Assembly: GCA_049999805.1 (NCBI GenBank)
Contig: JBNGIO010005428.1
Span: 36,479-93,858, forward strand
Source: Folioceros fuciformis
Taxonomy: Eukaryota
Reading direction: 5' to 3'
Length of the DNA stretch: 57,380 nucleotides
Shown here: positions 45,267-57,380 of the stretch, in pieces
How the letters are laid out: every line of letters begins with the position of its first letter
Numbering within the stretch: the first letter of the stretch is position 1
The notes under the pieces: model-generated
Seen by the model: only the letters and a program-made list of their open reading frames with translations
What the model was told of the DNA's origin: nothing
Database searches by the model: none
Made by a program: the position numbers and the translations under genes

Positions 45267-48200
45267 CTACTGGTGGAATTTGAGATTCATGGGAACTCTT
45301 TTCTCACGCCCCACTTTCTTCATCAGTCGCTCTCTTACAGTAGTACGTTTGACCACCGACTTCGTTCCGGCAGGAGATCGGGTTGCCGCTGAGTTGACAC
45401 CGCCACTTGCAACGAGTCCCCGTCCCGACTGCTGCATTTTGCACATGAGAGGGTCAATACCACGTGGGTGCCCCCGTCTTGTTTACCATGCCAAACAAGG
45501 TTACCAGGAGCATCCAGAAAAACGATTTTGAGACCTTCTTCGTTTTCGAGACGGCGGGTTTGGACTTCTTCTTTGCCCTAGGACTGTCCTCGTCACTAAC
45601 TCCGAGTCCTGACACTTGGAAGTCTTCATCCAGGTCGTCCGGCACGTCTTCTGGTGAATTATGATCGTCGTCTTCTGAGAGCCCTTCGGCATTATCCTCC
45701 TGCAATTTGCCATGTACATACCAACGTTCAAGTCTCGGAGAGTAAGCTCAAACTGCTCACAACACACATCACACAAAATCAACCACGAATTAAGATTTCA
45801 CTCCTGGTATCATGGAATCATGTCATAGAAGTCTCGAATAGCTCTATACTTAACAAACACAACTGCGGGCATCGTAACCTGATGTATGCAAAAGCAACTG
45901 ATGTTGCTTGTACTGTTCCTTACACATTATCTGAATCGGCAGCAGGACTGATCTGCTGCAGATTCTAGGATCACCCTTTTCTAGACTGAAATTCAGTCTC
46001 GACTTTGATTTATTTCTGAATAAGTAAGCGTTACAGAAATAACTGGGCAGAGGAGAAGAGGGCGACATCAAATTCAGCACTTCAACTGCTGAATCTTGTT
46101 TACAGAGTCGTGGCAGAGGGTATAGGACAACAGATGTGGTTGTCCATCCACGACTCCTAATGCAGAACCCTACAGAACCTGACCACGAAAGCATGCAAAT
46201 CCTACTGTCCTCATGGCTACCATCACCTAACCTTGGACAATTTCTGCTAACCACGCTCAACTGCCCCAAGGTTAGAAAACTAGCCCACTTAACCTTCAGA
46301 GTTGGCGTGGACCTCAAGGTCTCAAATGACGCTCCTCGCGGGGCACCCTGACAGGGAGGCAACCAGGTGTACAAAAGCACAACGATTACCAAACCCAGTA
46401 GTAACAAGAGGGAAATTTCTGGAATGAACCCTCTCCTTACCAAAAACGACTCAGACACCACCAACCGATCTGTGGTTGAACCAACCGGTCCCATGTCTAC
46501 TTCAGTTGCATAACCCACTTTCTGCAAGCAATTGGCAAAACTTACACCAAAGCTCAAAGATAAACCACACAAGCTACAGCCCAACCGAGGCCCGCACGTA
46601 CCTTTGTATGCAGCTCCAGATCTTCCAACAGTGCAGGCACGTCCTTTATCTGATCAGGTACCTCTGCATCTTTCGTCTGCACAGATAGGTGCCCACATGA
46701 TCGACAGAAAAACGAAAAGCAGAGAGCCCCACACAAAAACAGGAAAAATGTACACGCGTCACATACCTGGCGCATCCACAACTTCAAAATNNNNNNNNNN
46801 NNNNNNNNNNNNNNNNNNNNNNNNNNNNNNNNNNNNNNNNNNNNNNNNNNNNNNNNNNNNNNNNNNNNNNNNNNNNNNNNNNNNNNNNNNCCACAACTTC
46901 AAAATTTTCAGAAGACAAGCAATTCCAGCTTTCTCCCACTTGCTGAGCTGTTTCTTTTCTTCACATTGTTCAACATCCACTTTTCTCAGCAGCTCCAAAT
47001 AATTCGCTGCTGTGTGCCTGCAAATCTAATCTTTCCTTTAGCATCTGATCATCCTGCAACCCATAAACCTGCCTTAGATCTTAATGCTCTCTATGCTAGC
47101 CTAGCCCACGTTTGCTCCAGATGACAAAACTGCAGGAGAGCATACTACTGAACATGCTATACACATCCCTGTTCTAACATTCTAATGATGCAGAAAAGAG
47201 ACCATCTAGTTGGAATACACACCACATAAGTTGCTTATATAGAGGAAACCGGAACTTCTTTTGCACTTTTAGCCTCTCCTCCATTTTCCATGTGCAAGAT
47301 ATCAAGAAAAGTTAAAGATGCTGTACGCATACTTGAAAGCAACCTGATGTGTAAGATGTCGTTGGCTTGCAAGATAGCCCACTGGACACAGTTTGCTCAA
47401 GGACAATGAAAATGACGACACGGGGCAGTGGATATATATCAAGCTGAAGGGGGAGGTTGTAGCCCGTCAGAAAGTTTCCTCCGATAACCAGAGAGTCTTC
47501 AGGTGTGGCGACACAATGCGGCCATCCTCCTGGTCTGATTACACCCAAACTTTCAGAAAGCAACGCAGAGAGACAAATTAACCTGAAAAGTAAATATCAC
47601 CCTTACAAGAGCAAGGTGTCTCCAGCTGATAATTCCAGTTTTTGACATCCACTCGATCGCTCTGCCAGAAACACACTAGCCTGCCAACGAAAAAATGAAT
47701 ACTCAGCCTGGGAAACAGCCGGACACGGAAGCAGTCAAACGCCACAACTGAATGCACGCCCATCTCTCTATAGAGACACCTTCAGCAGTTAGGGAAAGAA
47801 GAATCGTACCTGTCTATCGGATGAGGACCACTCCTCAAAAGCTGCAAGGTTCCCTTTCGTTGGAGGTACTAGTAAAAACACCTTCCGACCGCTGCTCAGC
47901 AACATGTCAGTCAGCATACTCGACAAAAGAATATAACAGAATCACAGGTTTTCCACGGGCAGGGGAGGTTCAGTTTACCTGAGAACATGATACCAGACGG
48001 AGGAGCCCCCAAAGTCAATGTGGAAATCCATGAAGCACCCAGCAACGCTCATCAGTGCATAGAGCTGGACCTGAAAGACGAAAAAGCACTCCATCACTTC
48101 TGCGCACTAAAGCAAGCTGTTAGCCCATTGGAATAGTCTATGATGACTCACCTTCGGTTTTGGAAGGAGAGAAGGTGGCCAGTTTTTATCCACCAGATCA

Positions 48201-49087
48201 AGCTCTTTAACCAGAGATGGTGAGCTCATCTGTTCATGCAGCAAACGAAGCTGTCAAGACAGAATCCACGAGACAAATGCCATGAATTTCGAATCAAATT
48301 CGATAATGCGAATTCCGGATCCGACACATGCCAGTTCTTGTGCAGGAGTGTTGGCCAGCTCCAGGGAAACCACATTCAGTAATGGCTTCCGAGATGATTT
48401 AAAATAATAGTCCATCCACTCAGCCATAGAATACAGTGGTCCTTCTGACTGCAGTCGTAAACACGTAGATTATGTAATAAACCGCGGTCTCTGAACTTCA
48501 AAGAGAAGAATTCCAAGATTCTCCATACACTCCAAGCACAATGAGCCACTAAAGTGGATTCGGAAACTTCCAGCAAAACTCCGAACACGACAATTCAAAA
48601 TTTCCAGCACTAATCCGATCGCAAAAACAACTGGGAGGAGTACCCACCTGCGTAGAGACATCTATCGTGTTGACCTGCTTATCCATGCCCACCAATTGAG
48701 ATAACTGCTGCAAGGTCAATTCCCCTTCTGGCAGCCTGCAGGGCATCCGAAACTCATACATTACTGCTCTCATGAGGTGGTGCTCCCCACGTGTGTAACA
48801 CTGACTTCAGGAGTTACCGCTGACCTGATACCCAGAGCTTGGGAGGCATCCCTGGTTGCCCGCACCACACAAGGGTCACGGAAGCCAGTGGAATGTATGT
48901 ATTCCGCAAGGCGATCAGCTGGCAGCGTCTTCACTGACGGCCCTTCCGGGACCGTGCCTTCCGGCCATCGCAGAACCGCCTTCGCGAGCCTCTTGTACTG
49001 CACTCTGTCCGTGTAACCCGTGCTGTCCAGCCGCGCATAGTCCACCGGCTGACGACGCCGCTTAGACCTCCGTTGCCCGTCCCCCAT
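45267..49087 (-). CDS. JmjC-domain protein of the KDM2/KDM7 (JHDM1/PHF8/Jhd1) type, putative histone lysine demethylase
   Basis: Spliced exons give [29 protein letters not shown] / [49 protein letters not shown] / [19 protein letters not shown] / [38 protein letters not shown]. The 3' end is approximate. Confidence 0.9.
47292..47435 (-). other. U12-type AT-AC intron in the JmjC gene
   Basis: 5' ATATCC, branch TCTTTAAC (47318-47311), 3' CAC. Removal restores [21 protein letters not shown]. Confidence 0.8.
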
Positions 49088-50604
49088 GCCCTCAAGCCCA
49101 ATTGACGACCCTCACCGCAATCTTCTCATCTCCAGCCGAGACATTTTCCTCCTGAGGCAAGAAGGTAGTCACATGCCAAAGGCGGATTTCACATCGATCG
49201 TGGCAAAACAATATCTGTTAATCACAGTTAACGGCCCCAATTTTGATAAACCTAAACTTAAACGAACTAGGTGTCGTTGAGGTGTGAATAAGAACACGGT
49301 CCTGCTCGAATGGCTGTCTAGTACGGATTCAGGTTACCTTTTCTCATGAAAATCTTTCTAAGCACAAAACAAAGCGTTCTGCATTCTAGATGGAACTCGT
49401 TTATGGAATTATTTCTATATCTATTATTATTATTATTAAGTTACCTTGCACTTGCTTTGATTTGTATTATTTTTCATAAGTAACCTCAGATTTTGTAGTG
49501 GTTTACTAAATAGTTTAGGATTTTCTTATCAAAAGTCATTTACAAATGTTCCAAGCAAGCTCGAAATTTCTTTTGAGTTCCCACAAGCGATTAGCGATGT
49601 GATGGAGGTGGACAAAATAAAGGCCTTTTCATGATAAGAATGGAGAGAGTAGATAGAGATCCCTTTTCTAGCCATGCTCAGATTGTTCTCTTATCTTTGG
49701 AGTAGATGGGATTTTTCAACCTTTTTTAATACTAAAAACTAATCCAATATAGATCATCTCATAATCACCTAAACTTCATGTGTCAGAATCATGCCTCCAT
49801 GCCTAAAACTAGTTTGCTAAGGGTGTCAAATCTATTTGAGGAAATGACAATTCTCAATTGGCTAGTTAGAATGCACACAAGTTAGTTTGTGTCTAAGTAG
49901 TATCTTGGAAAGAATTAACAATAGGATAAATAAAAATCTCATGTAGATTCCCATCCAAGAAATACAAATAAGTGCTTAACAAGAGGGGGGGCCACTTCAG
50001 CCCACCACATGCCCACACCTATTCTCTAGAGCCTTAAGAAGGAATTGCAATTGATGGACCTATTCACTAGAGTTTGAAGAAGGGATTGTAGTTAATGGAC
50101 ATAAAAGTATATTTACATCACTGGGGAGGATTGACTCGGAAGATAAAGGGGGGTCATTGTAAAGATAGGAGAGCAAGTAATCAAGTCTCTTCAATTATTG
50201 CAATATCTTGCAACTGAGGAGAGTATTTTACTTAGAGATGACAAATCCACCTACCCCAAACAAGAGGAGGAATGACAAGAGGAGAAATGAATGCACATAG
50301 AGCCAAAAAAAACAAGAGAGAGAAGCTAGCCCTTACCAATACCAATCTTGTAGGTACTCACAATTCGTAAGATTTTAAGAGTTCTAAAGAATTTATAGTC
50401 TATATTATTGATTTTAAATATAAAATGATTAATTTCAGGTTATTTCCAACATATGGAAGGGGACAATTAAAACCAATTGATTTAAGATAGAAAACATTTT
50501 AAATATATATTATAATCACAAATATTTAGGAAGTTCATGTTTAATAATAGGAACCTTAAAATTTATAAAACTTTTATTAAGAATATAGAGAATATTAGTC
50601 ATAG

Positions 50605-51381
50605 TGTAGAAGACTTGTAGCGGAAGGTATAGGTAGGGGAGAGACAACTCCGGTAGTGGGAAGCTTACCGTGTTCGGGGAAGAAGCAACAGTCGTNNNNN
50701 NNNNNNNNNNNNNNNNNNNNNNNNNNNNNNNNNNNNNNNNNNNNNNNNNNNNNNNNNNNNNNNNNNNNNNNNNNNNNNNNNNNNNNNNNNNNNNNGAGAT
50801 TTCTGGGCCTTTGTGGGAGATTGTTGGAGATTGGGGGAGATTGTGGAGCATTGCTTGAGATCTGTGGACATTGTTGGAAGATTGAAGGCATATGGAATTA
50901 GGCCTGTGAGAAACAAGTGTGAACCAAAGCTCTTGTGTGTTTTGCATGTGTGGAGAGTCTTGCATGTGTGTGTGAAAGAGTGTGGCTGATTAGTGGGGTC
51001 TTGTTTCCCAAGGATTGGCATTTGTATGTGTGGAGAGCATCCAATAAGTCCAGATCTGCGAGTTCGGAAGCCCGTAGAACAAAAACCCGTGGTGGAAACC
51101 CGCGGCGGCATGTGCGTCGAAAAAATATTAGTTAGGGTTTTGGGTGGAACCCACCACGGTCGTGGAAACAACTACCGGTCGCGGTTTGCAATCGCGGAGT
51201 GGGAATCGGAGTCGTAGAGTAGGGTCCTCGGTAGCTAGACTAACTAGGGGTAGTAGTAGTTCAGCTGTTAGGAAGTAGGGGCGGTAGTAGATGAGTTTTA
51301 ACTTAGGTAAGGATCTGTAGTGATAGAAGTTAGCGTTCCTTGGCACAAATCATTTCCTTGGGAGCGAATCGTAAGACTACA
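50605..51381. mobile_element. Possible solo LTR (spans an assembly gap)
   Basis: Island of distinct composition bounded by TGTAG...CTACA. CATAG lies on both sides, but the right copy is offset by 4 nt. Confidence 0.3.
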
Positions 51382-52099
51382 ACGACATAGAGGGTGAATG
51401 TGGACCTCACGGTGTCTCTGAACTCAAGATTTCACTCCACAAGTCCCTAGACATAGTAGGCCAATATGAGGTGCAAATTGAAGCAACATGCACTGAAGAA
51501 GTTGCATGAGGCATGAAGAAATGAAAGTTTCCTATGCATGCTTGTACAAAGGCATTGCACATGCTAAATTCCATGTTTGATAAGCTTAAAGATGGAATCC
51601 AAGAAACTTCAATTGTTGGGAAGTCTAATAGGTGCAATTCTAGGTAATCTAGGTAGGAATGGCAGGTAATGACTTTGTATAGTAAGTGTTGCATGGGCAC
51701 ATTTTGGCAAGCTTTTTTGCATCCACTACAAACTGCAAGTTTCATTACAAGTTAAACACACCGTGAATAAACACTGAACATACACAATTCATCGTGAACA
51801 AACATGAAACACTTTGCCTTGAACATGTACACACATTGGACATTGAGCACTCGCTCTAGATCTGTGACTTAATTAGAAGTGTCATTTTACTCCATATCTT
51901 CATGAGTATCCATAGCTTGTGGAAAAACTTGAGGAACATTCTGCTCACATGTTTGCCTGAATAAAGCACTGGCAATGGCTTTTATTCATTTCGTGCCCTC
52001 TCTATACCCATGCATGTCAAATTTATTAACTGGTTGTTCAACATTGTTTTCTCCACGCCTATGTTCACCATTTTGATGAACTCCACGTAGCTCAAACAA

Positions 52100-54130
52100 A
52101 CTTTGACGTGCCTTAGGCTAGCTTCGGAATCTTGTCCAGTTACCCGTCCCTCACACTCTTCTAGTGCTTATCGTAGCCATTCTTAATCAAATGCATCCTT
52201 GTGCACGATGCACATGTTATGCAAAATAAGACAAGTCTGAACCATCTTTGGAGTATTGCTAAGTTTCACATCCAACCGCTTCAGTAAGCAACACCAACCT
52301 AAAGGAGTGTGGGAACATGCAAGAGGCCTTAGAGAAACCACCTCAACGATGTTGGTTTCGTTTGATGGAGAATTGGGAGTTGGCCTTAAGACCAGACCTG
52401 GCTAGATGGCCGTGTCGTTCAGGGAGCAAGCACACACATCCTTGATCTTTTTTCAATTTCCCAACAACTGACATGTATCTTTGGCTTGTTCGGGCATAGA
52501 AAGTCAACAGACGTAATCCGATGGTTCCCAAGCTAGGATTGTCCCTAAGACGGCAGAGAGCAGCAATTAAGCTTCTTTGGGGATCAGAAGGTATCCCTCC
52601 CAAGATGAGAGTTATTGTGTGGTGCTTCTTTCAAACAAGCTTGCCAAATGCAGATAGGTGGGACGGCCTGCTATTGGCAGCAGGGGAGGGCGTTTGTCGA
52701 TTATGCAAGGCAGGCGCCCCCAACAAAAGCCAGCACATGTTTTCCCATTGCGAGTATGCTAAGAGGATTTGGAGAGAGGTGGGTAGATGGCTACACCAAA
52801 AATTCCTGGAAGCTAATCTTAGGATCACAGAACAAACATCGCTTTTTGGTCTGCAGGGTCTCAAGCAAGTCTTTTCTTACTAATTAGTGGTGGGGCTTGG
52901 TATGGTCTTCTTGCCTCTTTTGCCTGTGGCTTAACTAGACTACAGTAGTATACAGAGGGCATGATCCAATGACCTATAAGGCATTGTTATGGCGGATTTA
53001 GGAGCACATTCTAACCTCAGCTGATGGTTTGAGAAAGGCTTCTGCGACCAAGTTCAAGAGCAAAGAGTGGAGGATTGTAGGCTTCCTAGGACACGAGAGG
53101 CAGTATGCATGTTCATGGGGGCGGAATGACGCAAGACTAGAGAATGTAGCCCATTGCATCCCATAGCATAGGTCAGGGTGAGGGCTCTTACCTCTCTAAG
53201 GGGGTTGAGCCTCACTTGTGTTTGCTCATCAGCTCTGGGTAGCTAAACTTAATATGAATACCTTTTTTGTGAGAAAAAAACACTAACATGCTTTCAAGAT
53301 CCCAAAAGCATGCTCAATAGACATTCTAGTGCTGCTTTGACCATAGTTCCAATGTTGTGCTCTCGGCTTAACCCGGCCTTAGAAGAACCTTGATACAATG
53401 TAAGCATAAAAAGCCTTGGCCAATAGCCAGCTTCCTCTACAAGACAATAATTACCTAGCATTTCTTTCTCACATTTCTAGCCAAGTTGACTCCGTTTAAA
53501 CATATTCCAATTGTTCAAACTAACTGCCCAACCAAAGTCATAGTCCCATAAGATGCCATTGGCAAACACTGTCATTTACAAAAACTGTGAATAAAAACCT
53601 TTGCGGTTATAGTAATCACCTTTGTTTACCTTGGGGCTAATGATAGGAATATGTGACCCATCAACAGCTCCCACCACAAAAGGAATACCTTTGATGTTAG
53701 CAAATTCATCTGCATATTGCTTCATTCGCTGCTTACTAGGTCCTGAAATGTAAGTGTCATGCAACATAGTCACTAAAGCATTAAAAAATGAAAGTGTTGC
53801 TTTACAGGACGTAGAATTTGCATACCCAAACAAATCACTTGATGTGTGCAACCTTTCCCCCTAGATAGCTTGAAGAGTGTCATTTCCCACTCTTTTGTCA
53901 GTTGGCTCTGCCTTCCAAAATGAAGTATCTTTTCTTGCAAGAAGTGGTACTACAACTGAAAGTATGTGGTGAAACGTAGCCTTGTTCACTCAAAGACGTT
54001 GCTTGAACATCTTGTCACTATATGTTGCCGCTAGTAATTGGTCCCATAAGATATAACTTCATTGAACAGCCCATTGAGTTAGTGTATCCCATATGGTGTC
54101 TCTTTTAACTTCATGTTGTAATCGAATCAT
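52100..54130 (-). mobile_element. Degenerate PIF/Harbinger DDE transposase interrupted by a LINE
   Basis: MFKQRL*VNKATFHHIL, VVGAVDGSHIPI..YYNRKGFYS, STRMSIEHAFGILKA, and beyond the insertion CLLKRLDV..CLILHNMC. Stops and frameshifts present; element ends not located. Confidence 0.85.
52299..53278 (+). mobile_element. 5'-truncated L1-like non-LTR retrotransposon fragment (zf-RVT region)
   Basis: IPPKMRVIVW..LP..CRLC..HMFSHCEYAKRIW zinc-finger motif and an A-tail near 53274-53280. Flanked by a TSD aacaccaac (52290-52298) / aacactaac (53279-53287). Confidence 0.82.
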
Positions 54131-55153
54131 TCCTGCAGCTCCTATCCATCATCCTCATATGGCTAGACGACATGATCTCCATAGCACACAATATTGCTAA
54201 CCCTAAAAGTATAATGTCATTGAGTGGCTAGAAAGACCAACAAATTAGTAGAATATTAGTAACTTCAAACTATATTTTCATGTTATTTTAAAAGCAAAAA
54301 AAAAAAGTAGACCTCACCTTGTGCACCATGATGATTCACGTGAGCTCGACTCCAACCCGCAATACAAGCTATTCTCCAATTTGCAACCCTAAAGCGAAGA
54401 ACATAGTGGCGCCTCCCGACTCGCATAAGAAAAGTGGAACACGAAGTGAACGCGATCGAGGTGTACACAATGAAAACAGTTTTACAGACCTTTTTAATGG
54501 TAAGTTAGAGGTTGCAACGGGCATTCCATGTGGTAAACTCGCCCTAACGGCCATGAATCGCCATCACGGTCATGTGTGAATCCCTTGCGCGGTGAGGATG
54601 GTCACCACCCGGAGCAACGAGGTGACGCGGCACTGACCGGTCAGTGCAGACCGGTCATAGGGTGAATCCACCCTAACGACTGTTTCGTGCTTTGGTCGGC
54701 ATGGTCATCGGATGACAGAGGATCGGCAAGTGCCAGGTGGGTACCCACGCGTCCGGTTCTTTCGTCAAGACCAGGTCTGTATAGCTGATGGCCAAGTGTT
54801 GAAAACGACGAGGAAGGCCGAGACAACGTGAGCACGGGAAAGTTTAGGACAACTGGCGCATGCAGGGTGAAGTACTTAGTCCACCTAACACGCATGACTA
54901 GGATACCTGGTCAACAGGGATATGTGTAAATACACACATTCATGCTTAGTATTACGAATCTCTTAGTGTACCCACTTAGGGACTCGAATAACTTGTTGCA
55001 AAATTAAATTATTCTCAGTGGAGTAAATTATTCAGCTTGCTCACCTGTATTTGGTTCTGAAGTCCAAGATCAATTAGTACTGCAGCTCTAAAATTCTAAC
55101 CTCTAAGAAAATGAAAAGGGCTGGTTAGCAATGATATGTGGTCTATCCTCCCC

Positions 55154-57380
55154 TCAGGGGGAAGACTTGTGTTTACCGTCGTAGAAAGTGGCGTTCTTGG
55201 ATGATCGGAATGTTTCAAGGAAGGCCTTGGCATCAGCTAGTTCTTGATTCCTTCGTGCTCTATCCCACTTGTGTTCAGCTGCCAATATCTCAATAACCCG
55301 AGGCAATGCTTTGCTAGCTGCATTCGTATCTAGAAATGCCAACCTCGATCGCCTTGCAATGAAATCCACTGCTGACTCGCAGTACTCGTTCCGAGCAGAA
55401 TATGCCACTTCAGCTTCCAGAACAGGATACCCGTGTGCCAGCCTCTTGCCCAAGAACTCGTTCTGCAAACGTTATCATAGTTAAGAAAATGACATGTCTG
55501 CATTAAGATATTAAGATGGTGTTTGATAATGCTAGAGACTTCAAATTCCAATGCCACGGAGGCTGCTAGCAGCATATACCTGTCCGATGATAGCAACACG
55601 TGGAGCTAATCCTCCGTAGGAATGAACCAAGTGCTTTGCCGCCGCTGTATCCATGGCCCCAGGAACCACTTTACCACCATATGTTCTCTTCATTCGGAGG
55701 AATTGTTGGGCGAGTACCGTGAACGAAGCTGGGTCCCACCCCTGAGCTCCAGCCAAAGGCAAGTCTCTTGTCACACAAGCATTTCTTGGCACTAAGGCAC
55801 CGGTCTTAATGGCCGCATCAACGGCATCCTCTGCCATACTGGCGCAACAAAACAGACGAATGTGAAACGGCCTTGTTAGAGCCGCTATAAGTGATTCTCG
55901 AAGCCATGTGATACAGACTCGTCATGCTCACCTTCTGTATGTTGTCCATTTGCCACCTGTGATCGTGACCAGACCGTCTGCATCCTTGACAATCACATGA
56001 TCCCTGGAGATACTAGCCGTGTCTGTGGCTTTAGGATCTGTGGCCAGTGGCCTAATCCCACTCCAGGCGGATAGAACATCAGTCCGCCGCACCTACATCC
56101 ATCAACCACAAGGCATATCGCAATTAGCCTGAAAAGTAAGATGAAGAAAGTGTCCACTCAGAGTTACATCCCTGCAGTAAGGGACATACCTTGACGCACA
56201 GGTAATCACTGATAGCGTCCAAGATGAATTGGATGTCCTCTTCCCTAGGCTCTGGCAACATGGTCAAAGGGGTGCTAGAATCTGTAGTACCAGCAACAGT
56301 CCTCCCAAGCCATGGCAGCATGAACACCACTCTTCCATCCTTAGTCTTGGGAACAATGAGGCCCATTGATTCAGGGGAGTAATAATCAGGAAGCACAATG
56401 TGCACACCACTGCTAGGTGAAATAATCGCTGTGGCAGTGCTATCTGCCATTTTCCTGACTTCATCACAGAAGGGACCTGCTGCATTGATGACAACCTTAG
56501 CATACACATCAAATTGCACCCCTGTGAACTTCTCTCGTATTCGGGCTCCAGTTATGCGCCCTGTGATGTCATCCTTGAGGAGAGATACAGCCTCTGCATG
56601 GTTGAGAACAGCTGCTCCAGCCATTGCTCCCGTGCATGCCAATGCCACGTTAAGGCGTGAATCATTCATCTGACCATCATAGTAGACGACGGTACCCTTA
56701 AGAGTCTTTCCATCAGCAGCAGCTTTTGCCAAAGTTGGAAACAATTCCAAAGACTCCTGCGCAGAATAATAACGAGAAATGTGCAGCATGCGCCTTCCAG
56801 CAACCAGATCATACAACTTCAGCCCAGCCCAGTAGTAAGGGATCTCCCACCACTCATAACATGGTGTCATGGTAGGCAAAGGATTACACAAATGCGGTGC
56901 ATTTTGAAGGATTCTGATGCGCTCCTCGAGCGCATGAAACACCAATTTCAGCTGGCCGTAGTCAAGCTGAAACACAGCTTTCTCCAAGTACCTGACTCCT
57001 GCCACCAAATGATGAACCGTCAGGAATCCTCCCGCAAGGCTGCGATCAAAACCCTAACTCAAAACATCCTGAACGCTCTATGACGAAATCTGAGAAGCAA
57101 AACCAAAACCGTGACACCAATTCCCCAATCCTACAGAGTGGCACGACAGCTCAAAACAACTAGGATCCCGACCTCCATGCACGAGCTTGGTGGAGCGCGA
57201 CGAAGTGCCAGCTCCAAAATCATCTCGCTCCACGAGCGCCACACGCAATCCCCGGGTGGAAGCATCCAGAGCAGCACCGCAGCCTGTCGCACCGCCTCCG
57301 ATGACTAGGATATCAAAGGGGCTGGCGGGACTGCTTCCCCGCAATGCAGCCAGCTGCACAGCCCGCGGAGCTACCTCCCC
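55154..57380 (-). CDS. SDP6: Mitochondrial FAD-dependent glycerol-3-phosphate dehydrogenase (5' truncated by window)
   Basis: [32 protein letters not shown] / [37 protein letters not shown] / [19 protein letters not shown] / [13 protein letters not shown]. Confidence 0.96.

Noticed and set aside
45850-46584. 244-aa minus-strand ORF as an independent gene
   Set aside because: Reads through introns and exons of the JmjC gene's C-terminal region.
46791-46890. Apparent ~33-residue unknown insertion in a JmjC exon
   Set aside because: The flanks overlap by 15 nt (ccacaacttcaaaat at 46776-46790 and 46891-46905), and merging gives continuous ILKLWMRQ. It is a scaffolding artefact.
45267-49087. Fungal or animal contamination explaining the KDM7-type gene
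   Set aside because: Its 3' part is contiguous with plant-specific genes (PPR), the internal gap closes by overlap, and intron size and style match the neighbours.

Overview
Compact, gene-dense nuclear DNA from a land plant. Short ~70-150 nt spliceosomal introns and a PLS-class PPR gene with elongated 'LL'-type motifs suggest a hornwort; this is inference. Coding genes from left to right: PLS-E PPR, a short HYL1/DRB paralogue, two F-box genes, eIF3d, HYL1/DRB1, an ABCB half transporter (TAP2/ALS1-like), LSM1, CstF-50, TenA_E, Asterix/PAT10, two tandem MBOAT wax-synthase-like genes with a decayed Asterix copy between them, a third F-box gene, a monoacylglycerol-lipase-like hydrolase, a P-type PPR, a KDM2/KDM7(JHDM1)-type JmjC gene and SDP6 (cut by the window edge). 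Also present: tRNA-Val(UAC), tandem repeats, and a LINE fragment nested in a dead PIF/Harbinger transposase. Three things stand out. (1) A ~2.6 kb multi-exon, apparently non-coding minus-strand transcript (38.8-41.4 kb) hosts intronic C/D-box RNAs and appears to splice onto the hydrolase; one snoRNA's two guides match adjacent sites in its own host. (2) The JHDM1/KDM7-class demethylase belongs to a clade typical of animals and fungi, and it carries an AT-AC minor intron. (3) The Asterix-MBOAT unit may be dicistronic. All exon boundaries were read by eye.
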